Origin: Euglena gracilis | Lineage: Eukaryota | Assembly (NCBI GenBank): GCA_039621445.1 | Contig: CP154954.1 | Location: 27,082,123 to 27,146,122 of the forward strand | Direction: 5' to 3' | Length of the DNA stretch: 64,000 bases | In this document: positions 1 to 13,287 of the stretch, piece after piece | Layout: each line of letters starts with the position of its first letter | Position numbering within the stretch: the stretch's first letter is position 1 | The notes under the pieces: model-generated | The model's database searches: none | Seen by the model: only the letters and a program-made list of their open reading frames with translations | What the model was told of the DNA's origin: nothing | Position numbers and translations under genes: made by a program

Positions 1-400
1 AGGGTATGTAGTATTTGTAGCTAGTATCATTTCGGAAAACCAAACGTAAAGGCGATAAGGTATAATTCTCAAACAATTTCCCATTACGACATTATTGTAA
101 AAAACATCCTTGGAATAATCCCATTCCCGAAAAAGAGAGGGGATGGGGATTCTTATCGCGTGACGCGGCGGGGGCCCGGCTTTCTACCGCGTTGCCGTTT
201 TCCCCGTATGGGGGTGATCGACATCCGCCGCCAAATACGCGAAACAGGAGAATTGTCAAGTAAGTTGTCAGCGGCGTCTGCGCGCCATGCGAAATTGACG
301 GGTTCGCGACCTCCGTGGAACGTGGCATCACCCTCGCCAGGGTTACCAGGGCAATGCCAGGGTGCACAGGAAAATGTGTCTACGACATTTGGCTAACCTG

Positions 401-3400
401 ACCTTGTAGGGGGTGATCTTCAGGCAGGGTGTTCCCGGCATTTTCATCTTAGTTAATTGGGGCCACAACGTGGCTGAATCCCAAAGGGAGTGACCATCAA
501 CACTTTTGGTCTGGGAAGGCATCTTCAATCGTGGGACAAATTTCTGAATGACCGACCAAGTGGGGGTTTGCATAAAGCCCCTCCTATGTTCTGCAGTGGG
601 CATTGCAGGACATCCACTTCTCTGGCTTCCCAGTACGGCCATCTGGCTACAAAATTCGGCAGTTCTTTTTTGCCAGGGGAGGCAAATAAATCTGTTACTA
701 AATTTATGAAAACTTTGAACTGCCACCTTAGCCGTTGAAATTGATGGAGATCCGGTGAGTAAGCCCCCCTGCCTGACTCTTACCTGCTTATGGGCTCTGC
801 TAAGCATTCCTGCCCCGCCCCCTTTCGTCAGATAACAGTAAATTTCACCAGATTGTCTACTAAAAGCAAAACCGTTTCCCCGGGCCGGCTTAGACTTTTC
901 ACTGTGCTGATGGTTGCATGTAATTATTTTACATTGATATGTAAAATGGAGCTTTCTCTCCAAAACTCCTGGATAATTTCTCCGGTTCAAATTTCCAGCC
1001 CCTCTACTCAGGCATGGGTGCTGCTGTCTGAGGGCAAATCCCTGTTGCATCGTGGGTGAAAGGTCTGCCCCCCAAGATGTGCAGCAAGTTTTTATTCCCT
1101 TGTTTGGGCTTTTATGTCCTGTGAAATGGAACAGTTTGACTCCCGAGGGGCTTCAGACTTTTTGACCAAAATTTTTGTTCGGAATCTGTGAAAGCCCTTA
1201 GGAAGGGCAGGGGCACGATGTTGCACTTGATTTAGCCCAAAATGGCTGCTAACTGCCTTTTGTCACGAAATAACTTTTCACATTTTTTTCGAACTCCGTT
1301 TTTATTGTTTTCACCTTTTGTAGGGAATTTGCAATTTTCCTTCTTGTAAATTTAACTGGAAGCCCAAATGGTTTACATTATTGGGGTGATTCTTTTACAT
1401 TTATTTTGAACCCCGAATCTATCAGGTCCCTTACAAGCCTGTTCAAGTTTTTTTTGCAAAGCTTTTTTGGTGGGGGCGGAGAACTTAAATATCTTCCAGA
1501 TAAATGAAGTCATGTATTCCCTTTTTCCTCCGACGTTTTTCGGATGCCTTATGACTGACATAAAAAAAATGTGGCATCACACTTAGGCGAAACAGACTGC
1601 GTGGAACTCACAGGTTTGTCCGCCCACCTGATGCCTCAGAAACGGTTTTAGGGCTGGGCTGCTAAATGTTTCATCTTTTAAGTCAGTTTTCGCTGCCCAT
1701 TGGCTGCCCATTTTGGCTGCCCGGAAAAATGGTTTGAATGTGGTCTAGTTTGAAGGTTTTCACAGAGAAAATTTTGGTTTCTATATCTGCGATCGCTTAC
1801 GAACTTCCACTTCTTTTGACCCTCCTTTGGTTTTGAAATGTCTGGTTCCTGAATCCTGAACTCTGGGTTGCGGTTGCGCGACATTTCACATCCCTCGTGT
1901 GCCCCTGGGATTTGATCTTTCCCAAAGTGTACTTTATTTTGGGGGTGCACGCACTCACACTCTCTATCACAGGATGTCGTGTCCTCTGTGGGCGGCCGGA
2001 GGCGGCCTGGCGCCTGCCCACCTGAGTTAGCGAATTTTCTGCTCCATTCCGCTACTTTTCTACCTGTGTACTTTCCCCACCCCCCAGGTTCTCTCCTCCG
2101 AATGTTTCATTCAAAGAATTGTGCATGCTGAAGGAAGGAATTTTAAAAATTCAGTCTGAGTTGAAGAAAACAATTGTCCAAGAATTTCAAAAAGTCATTC
2201 CGGAAGGTCAAACAGAAGACAAAAATTCAAATTCGAAAGAAAGAAGAGCAAGTGGCGCTGGGAAGCAAGGAGAAGGTGTTCTTCCGCTACCCTCCCCCGC
2301 TACCCTTTTTTAAATTCAAACCAAGCTTTTCCTCCGCCCCCCCCCCCTACTGCTTCGGAGGCACCCCCAAGGAGTTTGCCAAAAACACCGTCCCCCCCCT
2401 ATTTTTTGAATTGTTTGGCTGCCGGAACCGAGGTTCTGGTTGAATTCAGGGACCGAAAGACACAAAAAAAGGAATTTTTGGGGCGTGTGTGCCTATTTTA
2501 ACCGGAGCTCCGGGTGACTGTTTTCATCCACTCGGCCTGCAGGGGAGCCTATTCCGTGCACGGTCACCGAACCGGTCAGAGGGGAAAACTCCTCCATCAT
2601 GTCCTTTGCGTTGTCTGATGACGTACCATGGGAAGGGACACTGCGGGTCCCCCCCTTGATTTCCCTTCCCATGTGAAGAGATAAATGATCTGGGGTTTTG
2701 ACCCCCTTGTCCTCCTTTGCCTCCGCCTGCCCTGCTTCCTGGGGCTGCTGGGGATATTTGATATAAGGTTGGCACCTTAGCTTCTGGGTGATCATTTCTG
2801 GAACACCCCTTTGGCCCCCATGGCCCTGTAATTTCTGACCGTCTTGGCCCTGAAGTTACTGGCCGCCATGGCAAGAAATTCTTGGCCTCCATGGCCGTGC
2901 AAATGAAATGCGTCCAATTATCGCTTCCCTGGCCATGATCTCCTCACCCTGGGGCTGAGTTTGATGTTGGTTTCCAGCTCCACTTAAAATTTGGGGTGGC
3001 TGTTTTGCCTCCCCCCCCCTCTTACCCTGGGAGGGATTGTTGTGTTGGAAAGTTTGGGGGACTTGGCAGAAATTTTCGGCCCCTTCTTGAACGGAAATGC
3101 TTTTGGAACTAGCCACCATTGCCAGCACCTTGGCCTTGGCTCCATCTTCCCAACTGTTGTTCAAATTGTGTTCTTGCGACTCGGCATGATTGTGGGACTT
3201 GCCTTTGAAATCTTGTGATCTTCTTCTGTCCAATCTTGTTTCATCGGACCCCCTTGCCCAGTTGTTTCTGCCCGTAGTGTACTGGGGGTTCCTTCTTCCT
3301 TCTGGTCTTTCTTGCCACTGTGGTCCACAGGCCGTGGCCGTCACGGGCTGGGGATTTCTGCTAGGAAACTTCTGACAGTGGTATCTTGGCGGGAGGGGCG

Positions 3401-3785
3401 GCCACGGTTCGCCACAAGCCGTCCGCCCCTCAAGGTCCTCCAGCTGCCGCGACGACAACCCCTCGATGTAGTTCACGCCTACCGCATAATTCCAGCTTCC
3501 TTCCCACTTCATTTTTCACTGAAGACGGATGTGAAATTGATAATTGACTTCTCAGGTGGTATTCGTCCGGTTCGTTTCCTTCAGGACACTCTTTTGGTAT
3601 TGACCTATGGCTCTTCCTGGTCCCGGTTACTTCTGGGTGCCGCAGGGCAATTTAGGAATCAGTCAACTCCGGCGAAAAAGGCACTGGGCAGGGACTCCTA
3701 ACCAAGCGCAGCCGAAGATCACACAACAAACCGCCGGCGAGCAAGGCACGGCCTCACAATGCCAAGGTGCGCAGCGCGGGGTGTC
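401..3785 (-). mobile_element. Degenerate DIRS-type retrotransposon, copy A (3' end missing)
   Basis: Frameshifted RT/RNaseH/MT pieces at 401-1900 are homologous to copy C (e.g. WDSATLWPQLTKMKMPGTPCLKITPYK). Gag-position ORF at 2856-3512. The 5' ITR and terminus at about 3645-3785 end in GGTGTC. Confidence 0.85.
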
Positions 3786-3930
3786 TTACGGAACCGGGGC
3801 TGTACTCTATGGATCCCGCTCAATGAAAAGTTTTGCATGGGAAATTGACTCCATCGAAAAAAATGGTGGTTGTCGACTTTACCCCATAGCGAAGGTTCCG
3901 ATATAAGGACAGGTGGGGGGAGGGGTGGTC

Positions 3931-6900
3931 TCGTACTCCCTCGAGGAAACCTGACAAGGTAGGAAGGGACACCGAGGGCGAAGCAGAAAGACCTTGTGAG
4001 GACATGCCTTGTTCGCCGGCGGTTGGTTGTGTGATTGTTCGCTTCGCTGGGTTAGGAGTCCCTCCTTAGTGCCTGCCGCCTCGCCGGATTCGGCTGACGA
4101 TGCTGCTCCGACATAGCAACGTGACTTCTTGCCCCTTGGCCCCCCCCACTCCCCCCCCCCTGGCCCCCATTTTCTGACCGAGGGCTCTGGATGGGTGGGG
4201 GTCGGGCTCACAAGGTCTTTGTGCTTCGCCCTCAGTGTCCCTTCCTCTTTTCTCAGTTTTCCTCGGAGGAGTACGAGACACATCGGACTACGCACTTTGC
4301 CATTGTGAGGCCGGATTGTGCACTGAAATTATGGGGGCAGTAGTATTTTCTAAACTCTTTGGGATCCAAGTCTTTGGTAATGGGCTTTAAATGCCTCCAC
4401 CCGCCTGCACTGGCCAATCTCACAAACTTCTTGGGAGGTTTGGGAGGGGATCCCAGAAGGCCCCACATTTTTCAAGATTTTGGTTCCATAGTTTTTTATA
4501 CGGGGACAAAAGGGAATGGAATCTCAGTCCACCAAACCCTGAGATCAAAAAGCATAGCACTGTATGCATTACAGGCCTGAGCCTTTCAAAATTGGAATAA
4601 TTGGATTAAAGTGTCAGCCACTTGGTCTGTGGTGGCTTGAGGGGGGGGGTATCCTCATTTTGTCCAAAATCACCCATAAAAGTGAGAAGGCGCTTTGATA
4701 GCGCGTTAAGCTGGGATTTCTCCCTGTGGAAATCGTTAATGATCGGATTTTGTACTTGTTTCCCCTCCGAAATTTGCCTGAGCAAATCAGGCAAAGTAGG
4801 GGCCATCTGGGGGGTGGAATTGTCTCTCCTTTGCAGTTGGTGAACATACCACTCTGAAGAGTGGTTTTGAGGAAGGGTGTCCCTGGAACTTTCATTTTGA
4901 TTAATTGGGGCCACCAGGTGGCTGAATCCAAAAGGGGGTGACCATCAAAACTTTGGTCTGTGGAAATGCTTTCAATCTGGAGAGAAATTTTTTGAATAAT
5001 TCACCAAGGGGGGGGCACACAATCTCCCTAGATTGTCCAGTGGGCATTGCAGTGCATCCACCCCTGAAGCATCCCAATGGGGCCATTTAGCAACAAATTT
5101 TGGAAGTTTTTTGTTGCCTTGGGAGGCAAACAAATCTGTTTCCAGGTTTATAAATTCTTTGAACTGTTGTTTTAGCCACAGGAATAGTTGGGGTCTAAAG
5201 AGTAATCCCCCCTGTCCATCTCCCACCTGCTTATGGGGTCTGCTAGACATTCATTTGAAGGGACACAGTTTAGTTTAAGGTTTACTTTGTGCTCCATGCA
5301 CCATTTGAAAAAGGTCTGACAATGGAATTGAAGGGGTCCCTTCTGCCCCCCCACCTTTGTCCGGTAATAGTAGATTACCTGGGTGTCAACTGGCAATGAA
5401 ACCGTTTACCCTGGTCTGCTGAGGCTTCTTAGAGTGTTTACTACTACCCACAGCTCCTTTACTTTTATGTACAAAATGGAGTCTTCTTTCCAAAATTCTT
5501 GCACAATTTTGCCAGTCTGGACGTCCAGCCCCCCCCCAGGCATGGGTGCTGCTGTCTGAATTAGCTCTCTGGTTGCACTTTGTGGGAAAGGTCTGCCCCC
5601 CCAGGTGTGCAGTAAAATTTTTATTTCCCTTAATTGGGCCTTAATTTCCTGGGAAATGCGGTGTTTTGAGTCCCAGGGGGCTGTGGACTTTGCCACCAAA
5701 AAAAATTGCCAGGATGTCCATAAAAGCCCTTAAAAGGGGCAGGGCCATTAGGTTGCATCTTATTTGGCCCAAAATGGCAGCCAATTGCCTTTTTGACATG
5801 TAATCTGTTTTCACAATTTTTACTAGCTCCTTTTTTTATGGTTTTGACTTTCTGGGGGGGCACCTGTAGCTTTCCTTCCTGGAAGTTCAGTTGAAAACCC
5901 AGATGGGTTACCACTTGGATGGGCTGGAGGGTGGAGTTTTTCACACTGATTTTGAACCCAGAATCCAGCAAATCTTTGGCAACTGTGTTCAGGTGATTTT
6001 GTAAATCGTTTTGGGTGGGGGCCACCGGCAAAATGTCGTCCAGGTAAATAAAAACCTGGACGCCCCTTTTTCTCCACAGCTTTTTGAACGCTTTCATTAC
6101 TGCAATGAAAATTTGGGGCATTACATTTAGCCCAAAGCAGCCTGTTTGGAATTCCCAGGTCTGCCCCCCTACCTGATGCCTTAAAAATGGCCTTAGGCCT
6201 GGACTTAATGGAATATGAAAATATGCGTCCTTTAGGTCAATTTTTGCTGCCCAGTGGCCTTTCTCCAAAATTGGAAAAATGTGTTGGATATGACCGAGCT
6301 TGAACGGGTTTACTTGAAACTGCTGATTCATTTCTCTGCGACCGCTGCTCATTATCCATTTGGTTTTTCCCCCTAGTGGTTTTGAAATTAAAAATCATGG
6401 GATCAAATACTGGGTATCTGGATCCAAAATTCGTTTCACTGACCCATTTTTTTCTCAATCCAGCAGAATTTTTTCTGCCTGGTTCAGGTCCAGATTGGTT
6501 CTGGGTTTTGGGTGGGTGGACAATTTTGGGGGATTCACCCAGGGGGGTTGAATTCCGTTTTTGACCAACTGACGTGTTGCTGGGGGGAGGGATTTTTTTA
6601 GCCACCATTTTAGACTTCTCTTAAGTCTCTGGTACAGGGGGGTGTCTCCCCATTTTTCCTCCATGTAATTTATTTTCCCAACTAGATGATTTTCTGGGTG
6701 CTGGGTGGGGGTTGTTGGACACTGCTCCCCTGGTGCCCCTGTGGATTGTGCATTCTCTAAAGGTGGCTGGGGGGGGGGGTTGCATGCTCTGCTCACAGGC
6801 TCTCTGATCCTCCAGTTTGTCATTGGTGTTGTCGATTGAAATACCATAGAGGCCCCTTGTTGGGTCTTCCCCTTGTTTTGGCTTGCCCCTGCCATCGGCA

Positions 6901-7408
6901 TTGACAACGAAAGTTGAGAGGGGGTTGCCCCCTTGTAATCCACTGCCCCTTTGGGGGCATCTTCCCGGGGCTGCCAGTGTACGTCCAACCCTTTCCTTGC
7001 TTTCGCCCTTTGGTGGGCAAAAAGTTAAAAGTTGGAGTAACAGAAGAAAAAATAATATAAAAGTTGTAAGCCCTTTTCCCCAAATAAGAGGCAGTGCACA
7101 AAGCAGGCAAAAGAGCTCCTTTGGAGCTGGAACCAAAGCCAAGTGATTTGGCTGTCCTGCAAGAACTTCAATGAGCAAATCAAAACTTTAAATCGCACAA
7201 AGAAAAGAATACCACCTGCAGAGAGGAGGTCACTTGATCACACGTGATTGTGATCACGAATGTCCCTAAGCTCTGCAAAAATCCTAATTATGAGACTGCG
7301 CTCAGAGTTCAGGTTGTGACGGAGCTGTTCGAAGCGAACAATCATACAGCGAACCGCCGGCGAGCAGTGCATGGCCTCGCAAGGGCAAAGTGCGGAGCCC
7401 GAGGTGTC
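3931..7408 (-). mobile_element. DIRS-type retrotransposon, copy B (internally deleted, frameshifted)
   Basis: RT at 5630-6352 (KIDLKDAYFHI, FGLN, YLDD) plus RNaseH, MT (DLFAS) and YR remnants. ICR 4207-4310 is complementary to both termini (3931 TCGTAC..., ...GGTGTC 7408). Confidence 0.9.
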
Positions 7409-8644
7409 CGGACCCCCTGCGGGCCAGGAGGGAGGGCGTGGGGGGGGGGACAAACCTCCAGGTGGCGCGGTCCGGGTGACCGATTTTCGCCCCGGCGCGA
7501 AGCGACGGGCCAAAAATTTGACATCCAGCGAAATCAAAGTCGCACTCCCTCGAGGCAAACCGACAAGGGAGAAAGGGACACCGAGGGCGAAGCACAAAGA
7601 CCTTGTGAGGCCATCCCGCTTAGTGCCTTTTTTCGCCGGAGTTGGCTGATTCCTAATTTGCCCTTCGACACCCAGAAGAACGGAACTTCAAATACCACAG
7701 CAATTGAGAAAAGAAGAAGACAATCAATCCAGTCAAATTATCCAGAAAGTCACGCTCGTGCAGAACTTCAAATCAAAAGTTGTTGAAATTTTCGAAAGAA
7801 TTCCATGAAAGATGCAACTTCAAAGACGCACAGCGCAGGAGAACTTCAAGAGGGAGGGGCAGCAGCAGCAGCTGGACAACCTGACGACGCGGGTCAACTG
7901 TGGCGAACCGTGGCTGCCCCTTCCCCAAAAAAAATTTCCCCCACAGAAATTTAAAGAACCCAAACCCCCCAAAGTGATGGCCACGGACCCTGGCAGACAG
8001 TGGTCAGAAGACCCCGAAAGAGGCAGCAACCAGCAAGCCAGTACGGCCATTGGAGCCAGGGCCACTGGGGCCAACACTTGTTCAAGCTGGGCCAGGGCGG
8101 CCACAACAGCAAGCTGGGCCATGGCGGCCACAACAGCAATGGCCATGGCGGCCGACGGAACAAAGGCCAGGGTGCCAACAATACCAAGGCCAGGGTGGCC
8201 GATTCCACAAACAGATGCCCAGTGGCAGGGGCAGGAAAGGTCCACAACACCCCCCCCAATCATTTCTTCATCACAAACCCTATCAGGGGAAAAGGATTGG
8301 CCCCCAGAGGCCCCCCAAGATTTTCAATGGGCATGACGCCCAAGATCAAAGGCAATGGGGACTATCAAAATTTCAAGAGGGCCAGTGGAGCCAACATCAA
8401 GAGGGCCAGTGGGGCCATAATTGCCATCAAGGCCACTGGGGCCATCATCATTCTTATCAACAACAACAACAATTTCAAGGCCACTGGGGCCATCAATTAT
8501 CAGAAGGGATAAAACCCCAGAAGCTAAAAGGCTGTCCCCCAGCAGGGGGTTTCAATGTACGGTGGCAGCCCCAGGAGGATGCCCCCAAAGGGGCAGTGGA
8601 GGACAAGGGGGCAACCCCCCCCGTAACATTCATTATCAACGCCC

Positions 8645-10838
8645 ATGGAAGGGACAAACCAAATCAAGGGGGAGACCCAAAAAGGGGGTCCTATGGTATG
8701 TCAATCGACAACACCAATGACAAAGTGGAGGATCAGAGGGCCTGTGAGCAGAGCATGCACCCCCCCCCCCCAGCCACCTTCAGAGACTGCTCAATTCCCA
8801 GGGGTGCAATGTCGAACACCCCCCACCCAGCACCCAGAATATCATCTAGTTGGGAAAATAAATTCCATGGAGGAAAAATGGGGAGACACCCCCCTGCACC
8901 AGAGACTTCAGAAAAGTCTAAAATGGTGGTCAAAAAATGCCCCTATGGCAACATGTCAATTGATCAAAAACGGAACTCAACCCCCCTGGGTAAATCCCCC
9001 AAAATTGTCCACCCACCCAAAAAACCAGAACCAATCTGGACCCGAACCAGGCAGAAAAAATCCTGTTGGATTACGAATAAACTGGGTCAATAAAACGAGT
9101 TTGGGATTCAGAGACCCAGTATTTGATCCCAAGGTTTCTAATTTCAAAACCACTAGGGGGAACAACAAAATGGACAATGATCAGCGACTGCAGAGAACTA
9201 AATCAGCAGTTTCAAGTAAAACCTTTCAAGTTGGTCATATCCAACACATTTTTCCAGTTTTGGAAAAAGGCCACTGGGCAGCAAAAATAGACCTAAAGGA
9301 TGCCTATTTTCAAATTCCATTAAGTCCAGGCCTAAGGCCATTTTTAAGGCATCAGGTAGGGGGGCAGACCTGGGAATTTCAAACAGGCTGCTTTGGGCTA
9401 AATGTAATGCCCCAAATTTTCATGTCAGTAATGAAAACATTCGACAAATTGTGGAGAAAAAGGGGCATCCAGGTCTTTTTTTACCTGGACGACATTTTGC
9501 TGGTGGCCCCCACCCAAAACATTTTGCAAAGTCACCTGAACAGAGTTGTCAAAGATTATGCTGGATTCTGGGTTCAAAATCAATGTGAAAAAGTCCACCC
9601 TGCAACCCACCCAAGTGGTAACACATCTCGGTTTCCAACTGAACTTCCAAGAGGGAAAAGTACAGGTGCCCCCCTCCAGAAAGTCAAAACCATAAAAAAA
9701 GGAGCTGGGAAAATCGGTAAAAAAGATTACATGTCAAAAAGGCAGCTGGCTGCCATTTTGGGTCAAATAAGATGCAACCTAATGGCCCTGCCCTTTTTAA
9801 GGGCTTTTACGGATGCCCTGGCAAATTTTTTGGTGGCAAAGTCCACAGCCCCCTGGGACTCAAAACACCCCATTTCCCAGGAAATCAAGGCCCAATTAAA
9901 GGAAATAAAAACTCTATTGGACACCTGGGGGGGCAGACCCTTCCCCCAAAATGCAGCCAGGTAGTTGCACTCAGACAGCAGCACCCAGGCCTGGGGGGTG
10001 GGGGGGCTGTACATCCACACAGGAGAAATTGTGCAGCAATTTTGGAGAAAAGACTTCATTTTACACATCAATGTAAAGGAGCTCAGTGCAGCAATAAACA
10101 CTGTGAGAAGTTTGAGCAAACCTGGGGAAACAGTTTCTTTGTCAGTGGACAACCAGGTAATCTACTATTACCTGACCAAAGGGGGGGGGGGCAGAAAGGA
10201 CCCCTTCAACACAATGCTAAGACCATTTTTCAAATGGTGCATGGAGCACCATGTAAACCTCCAAGTCAACTGGGTGCCTTCAAAAGAATGCTTGGCAGAC
10301 CCCATAAGCAGATGGGAAATGGACAGGGGGGATTACTCCTTGGACCCCCAACTTTTTCAATGGCTAAGACAGCAATTCCAAAGTTTCATAACTTTGGAAA
10401 CAGATTTATTTGCCTCCCCAGGCAACAAAAAATTGCCCAACTTCGTGTCCAGATGGCCCCACTGGGAGGCCACAGCAGTAAATGCACTACAATATCCACT
10501 GGACAACATGGGGGATCTTTTTGCAACCCCCCCCCCCCTGGTCTGTCATTCAAAAATTTCTCCCCAGGTTGAAAATGTTTCCCCAGACCAAAGTTTTGAT
10601 GGTCACCCCCTACTGGGATTCAGCCACATGGTGGCCCCAATTAATAAAGATGAAAGTGCCAGGAACCCCGTGCCTGAAAATCACGCCCTACAAGGGCATG
10701 TTCACCAATTGCAGGGGGGAGAAAATGCCAACCCCCAGATGGCCCCTCCTTTGCATGATTTGCTCAGGAAAATATTGGAGGGGAAACAAATACAGAATAA
10801 ATCCATTGAGGATTTCCCGGGAAGAAACCCCAGTTTGA
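8645..10838 (+). pseudogene. DIRS pol: reverse transcriptase, RNase H, Dam-like N6-adenine methyltransferase (frameshifted)
   Basis: Motifs IDLKDAYF, CFGLN, YLDDIL; HSDSS..WG, HINVKEL, VDNQV, LADPISR; DLFASPGN...FATPP. Confidence 0.9.
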
Positions 10839-11690
10839 AAAGGTACCAAAGTGCCTTTTCATTATTATGGGTTATTTTGGACAAAATGGGGAAACCCCCC
10901 CCCTCGAGCCACAACTGACCAAGTGGCTGACGCTTTAGTACAGTTATTTCAGTTTTACAAGGCCCAGGCACGTAATGCCTACAGTGCTATGCTTTTAATT
11001 CCTGGGTTTGGTGGTTTGAGATTCCACACCATGTAGGCCGCTTACAAGAGGCTTTGGAATCAAAATCTAGAAAAATATGGAGCTTTTTGGGATCCCCTCC
11101 CAATCCTCCTGGAGCTGGCCCAAGCCCCCTTTCCCTCTGATATATGCACGTTGGAAACACAGCCGATTTTAGCGTAAAGGCCAGAAATTCCATAAATGGG
11201 AGAGAGTTGTTTCACTTCCAAAGTGCCCACAGATCAGTCCCTTTCATTTAATGATGGCTTATGTGGCCGCTACCCGATTTAACGTAAAGCCTGGGGGCCC
11301 TTCAAAGCCATAAGGGCTGATACAATTGCCTCAATAACCAAAAACTTTTTATCCCAACATGGGGTACCACCCCAGGTGTTGGGGGCACACTCCACCAGAG
11401 GGGCTGGAGTTGGGTTGCTCAAAAAATTGGGCCTTTCTGTCCAAGAAGTTTGTGAAATTGGCCAGTGGAGTGGGGTGGAAGCTTTTACAGCCCACTATCA
11501 ACGACTTGGAGCCAAAGGTCCCTTGGAGAATGCCCTGGCCCCCCTTTTTTCAGTGCACAATCAGGCCTCACAAGGGCAAAGTGCGGAGCCCGAGGTGTCC
11601 CGCACTCCCTCGAGGCAAACCGACAAGGGAGGACGGGGCACCGAGGGCGAAGCACAAAGACCTTGTGAGCCCGACCCCCCCCACCCGTAA
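10730..11690 (+). pseudogene. DIRS tyrosine recombinase (frameshifted, internal deletions)
   Basis: AHSTRGAG (HxxR), IGQWS and AHYQR catalytic-region motifs; homologous to the YR of copy D. Confidence 0.85.
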
Positions 11691-13001
11691 AAGAAAATTT
11701 GTCTTCAAGAGCCCTCGGTCAGCAATCCGGGGCCAGGGGGGGCAGAGGGGGGGGACCCCCCCAAGGGGCAAGAAGTCACGTCGCCAAGTCGGAGCAGCAT
11801 CGTCAGCCAACTCCGGCGAGGCGGCACTAAGCGGGACCTCCTAACCCAGCACAAAGAGCAATCGCACAACACCGCCGGCGAGCAAGGCATGGCCTCACAA
11901 GGGCAAAGTGCGGAGCCCGAGGTTTCCTCAAGCGTCACATTATGTTTTTCGTCAGGTCAATGGCAGCAAATCGCGAGACACTCAGGCGCGAAGCGCCGGA
12001 GAAAATAATTGACCTTTTTGGGTCAATTATTTCGGACCCCGCAGGTGGGGGGGTGGTCCAGACCCCCCCTGCGGGCCAGGAGGGGGGTGGGGGGGCACCC
12101 CCCCACCTAAATCATGCACGCCCTCCTTATATCGAACCCTGCCATAGGGTTGCGCGGATCCGCACAGCCCGCCCCTGCCTGGTTGGTCGAATCCAAACTT
12201 TTTAAGTCCCCTAAATTTGTTTAAATTGAAGATGTTTTCTTTGTTTCAATTTAAAAAAAAAGGACTTCCTGAACCAGCGGACCTGGCAAATTCCAAAATC
12301 TGGTTCCCCTTTTTTTGACTGCAAACCCTACAGAAACCAGTTTTTTTTGCGCTAGTCTTTTTTGGAGGGCATTGGGGGGGTGCCAAACGAAAAAATGCTG
12401 AGTCAACACTGGGTCACTCAACAATGTTCCAAAATGCAGAAAAAGGTGCAAGGTGGCAAACAGTGGTCAGATGGATTGTCTTGAGAGAGAATGACAAAGG
12501 GACAAAGCGAACGCCCTTGTTCTCAATTCTTTTGTTGTTCTGTTGGCAAAAACATTACAACCCTCCAAAACCCTTTCATGGTCCAGAACCCTTTTCTCTT
12601 CATTTTCTGGTGTCTTGAAAATAGGGTTTTTTTGTCTTTTTTTTGAACGCATGCAAGGGGGGAGTATGCCACAAGGCTCCTCAAAGTACCATGCCCCCCC
12701 CCCTGATAGTGTCCCATACCCGGCCCAACGGCAGGCGGGTATGGGACACTATCGGGGGGGGGGGGCATGGTATGCAACGCAAAAAAGGCAAAAAAATTCA
12801 AAAAAGGGGGAAAATACAAAAAAAATTGCAAGTTGTGGATGAATTCCTTTAGGAGCTCCCCGGGTGTGCACCTTTCCACTGGAGAGGACGTCGAAAAGTT
12901 TCACCTGCCCTAAAATGCAACATAAAAGTAAACTGTGATGCAAACTGGTGAAGCGATATGGTTGACCTAGTTGCATCCACTTGTATTGCATTATGCAACT
13001 A

Positions 13002-13239
13002 CCCCCCCCCCCCTAGTCGTGTGACCGGGTTCCTGCAACCTGTGACCGGGGGGGGGGGTCATAACACCCCCATAACCTGGTCGTAAATGAGGTGGCGGTC
13101 ATAGGTAAGGTGGTGTTAAATTTTTCGCAACCTGCAACCTGTGACCGGGGGGGTGGTCATAACACCCCCATGACCTGCAACCTGTGACCGGGGGGTGGTC
13201 GTAAATGAGGGGTGGTCGTACGACTAGGGGGGGGGGGGG
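13002..13239. mobile_element. Tc1/mariner-type MITE (TA TSD)
   Basis: TA|C-run-TAGTCGT ... ACGACTA-G-run|TA; internal CCTGCAACCTGTGACCGGG repeats; second copy at 22342. Confidence 0.85.
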
Positions 13240-13287
13240 TACTGCTTATGTGAAATTAGACCAAAAAACGTGAAAAATGCAAACTCC

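Larger units (their letters stand above)
7540..11926 (+). mobile_element. DIRS-type retrotransposon, copy C (termini swapped relative to interior)
   Basis: Gag-position, RT-RH-MT and YR ORFs on the + strand. ICR 11564-11669. Termini 7540-7610 and 11891-11926 are direct repeats of the ICR halves. Confidence 0.9.
3892..12141. mobile_element. hAT-like MITE split into three pieces by DIRS copies B and C
   Basis: Ends AAGGTTCCGATATAAGGA / TCCTTATATCGAACCCTG with 8-bp TSD CCATAGCG / CCATAGGG. Pieces 3892-3930, 7409-7539 and 11927-12141 are collinear with the related copy at about 20325-20638. Confidence 0.75.

Noticed and set aside
3720-4030. Invertible switch flanked by inverted repeats
   Set aside because: Explained by the 5' ITR of DIRS A facing the 3' ITR of DIRS B across 145 bp of target DNA.
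8645-11690. Programmed frameshifting in DIRS ORFs
   Set aside because: Shift positions differ between copies and often fall in homopolymers, consistent with decay or sequencing error.
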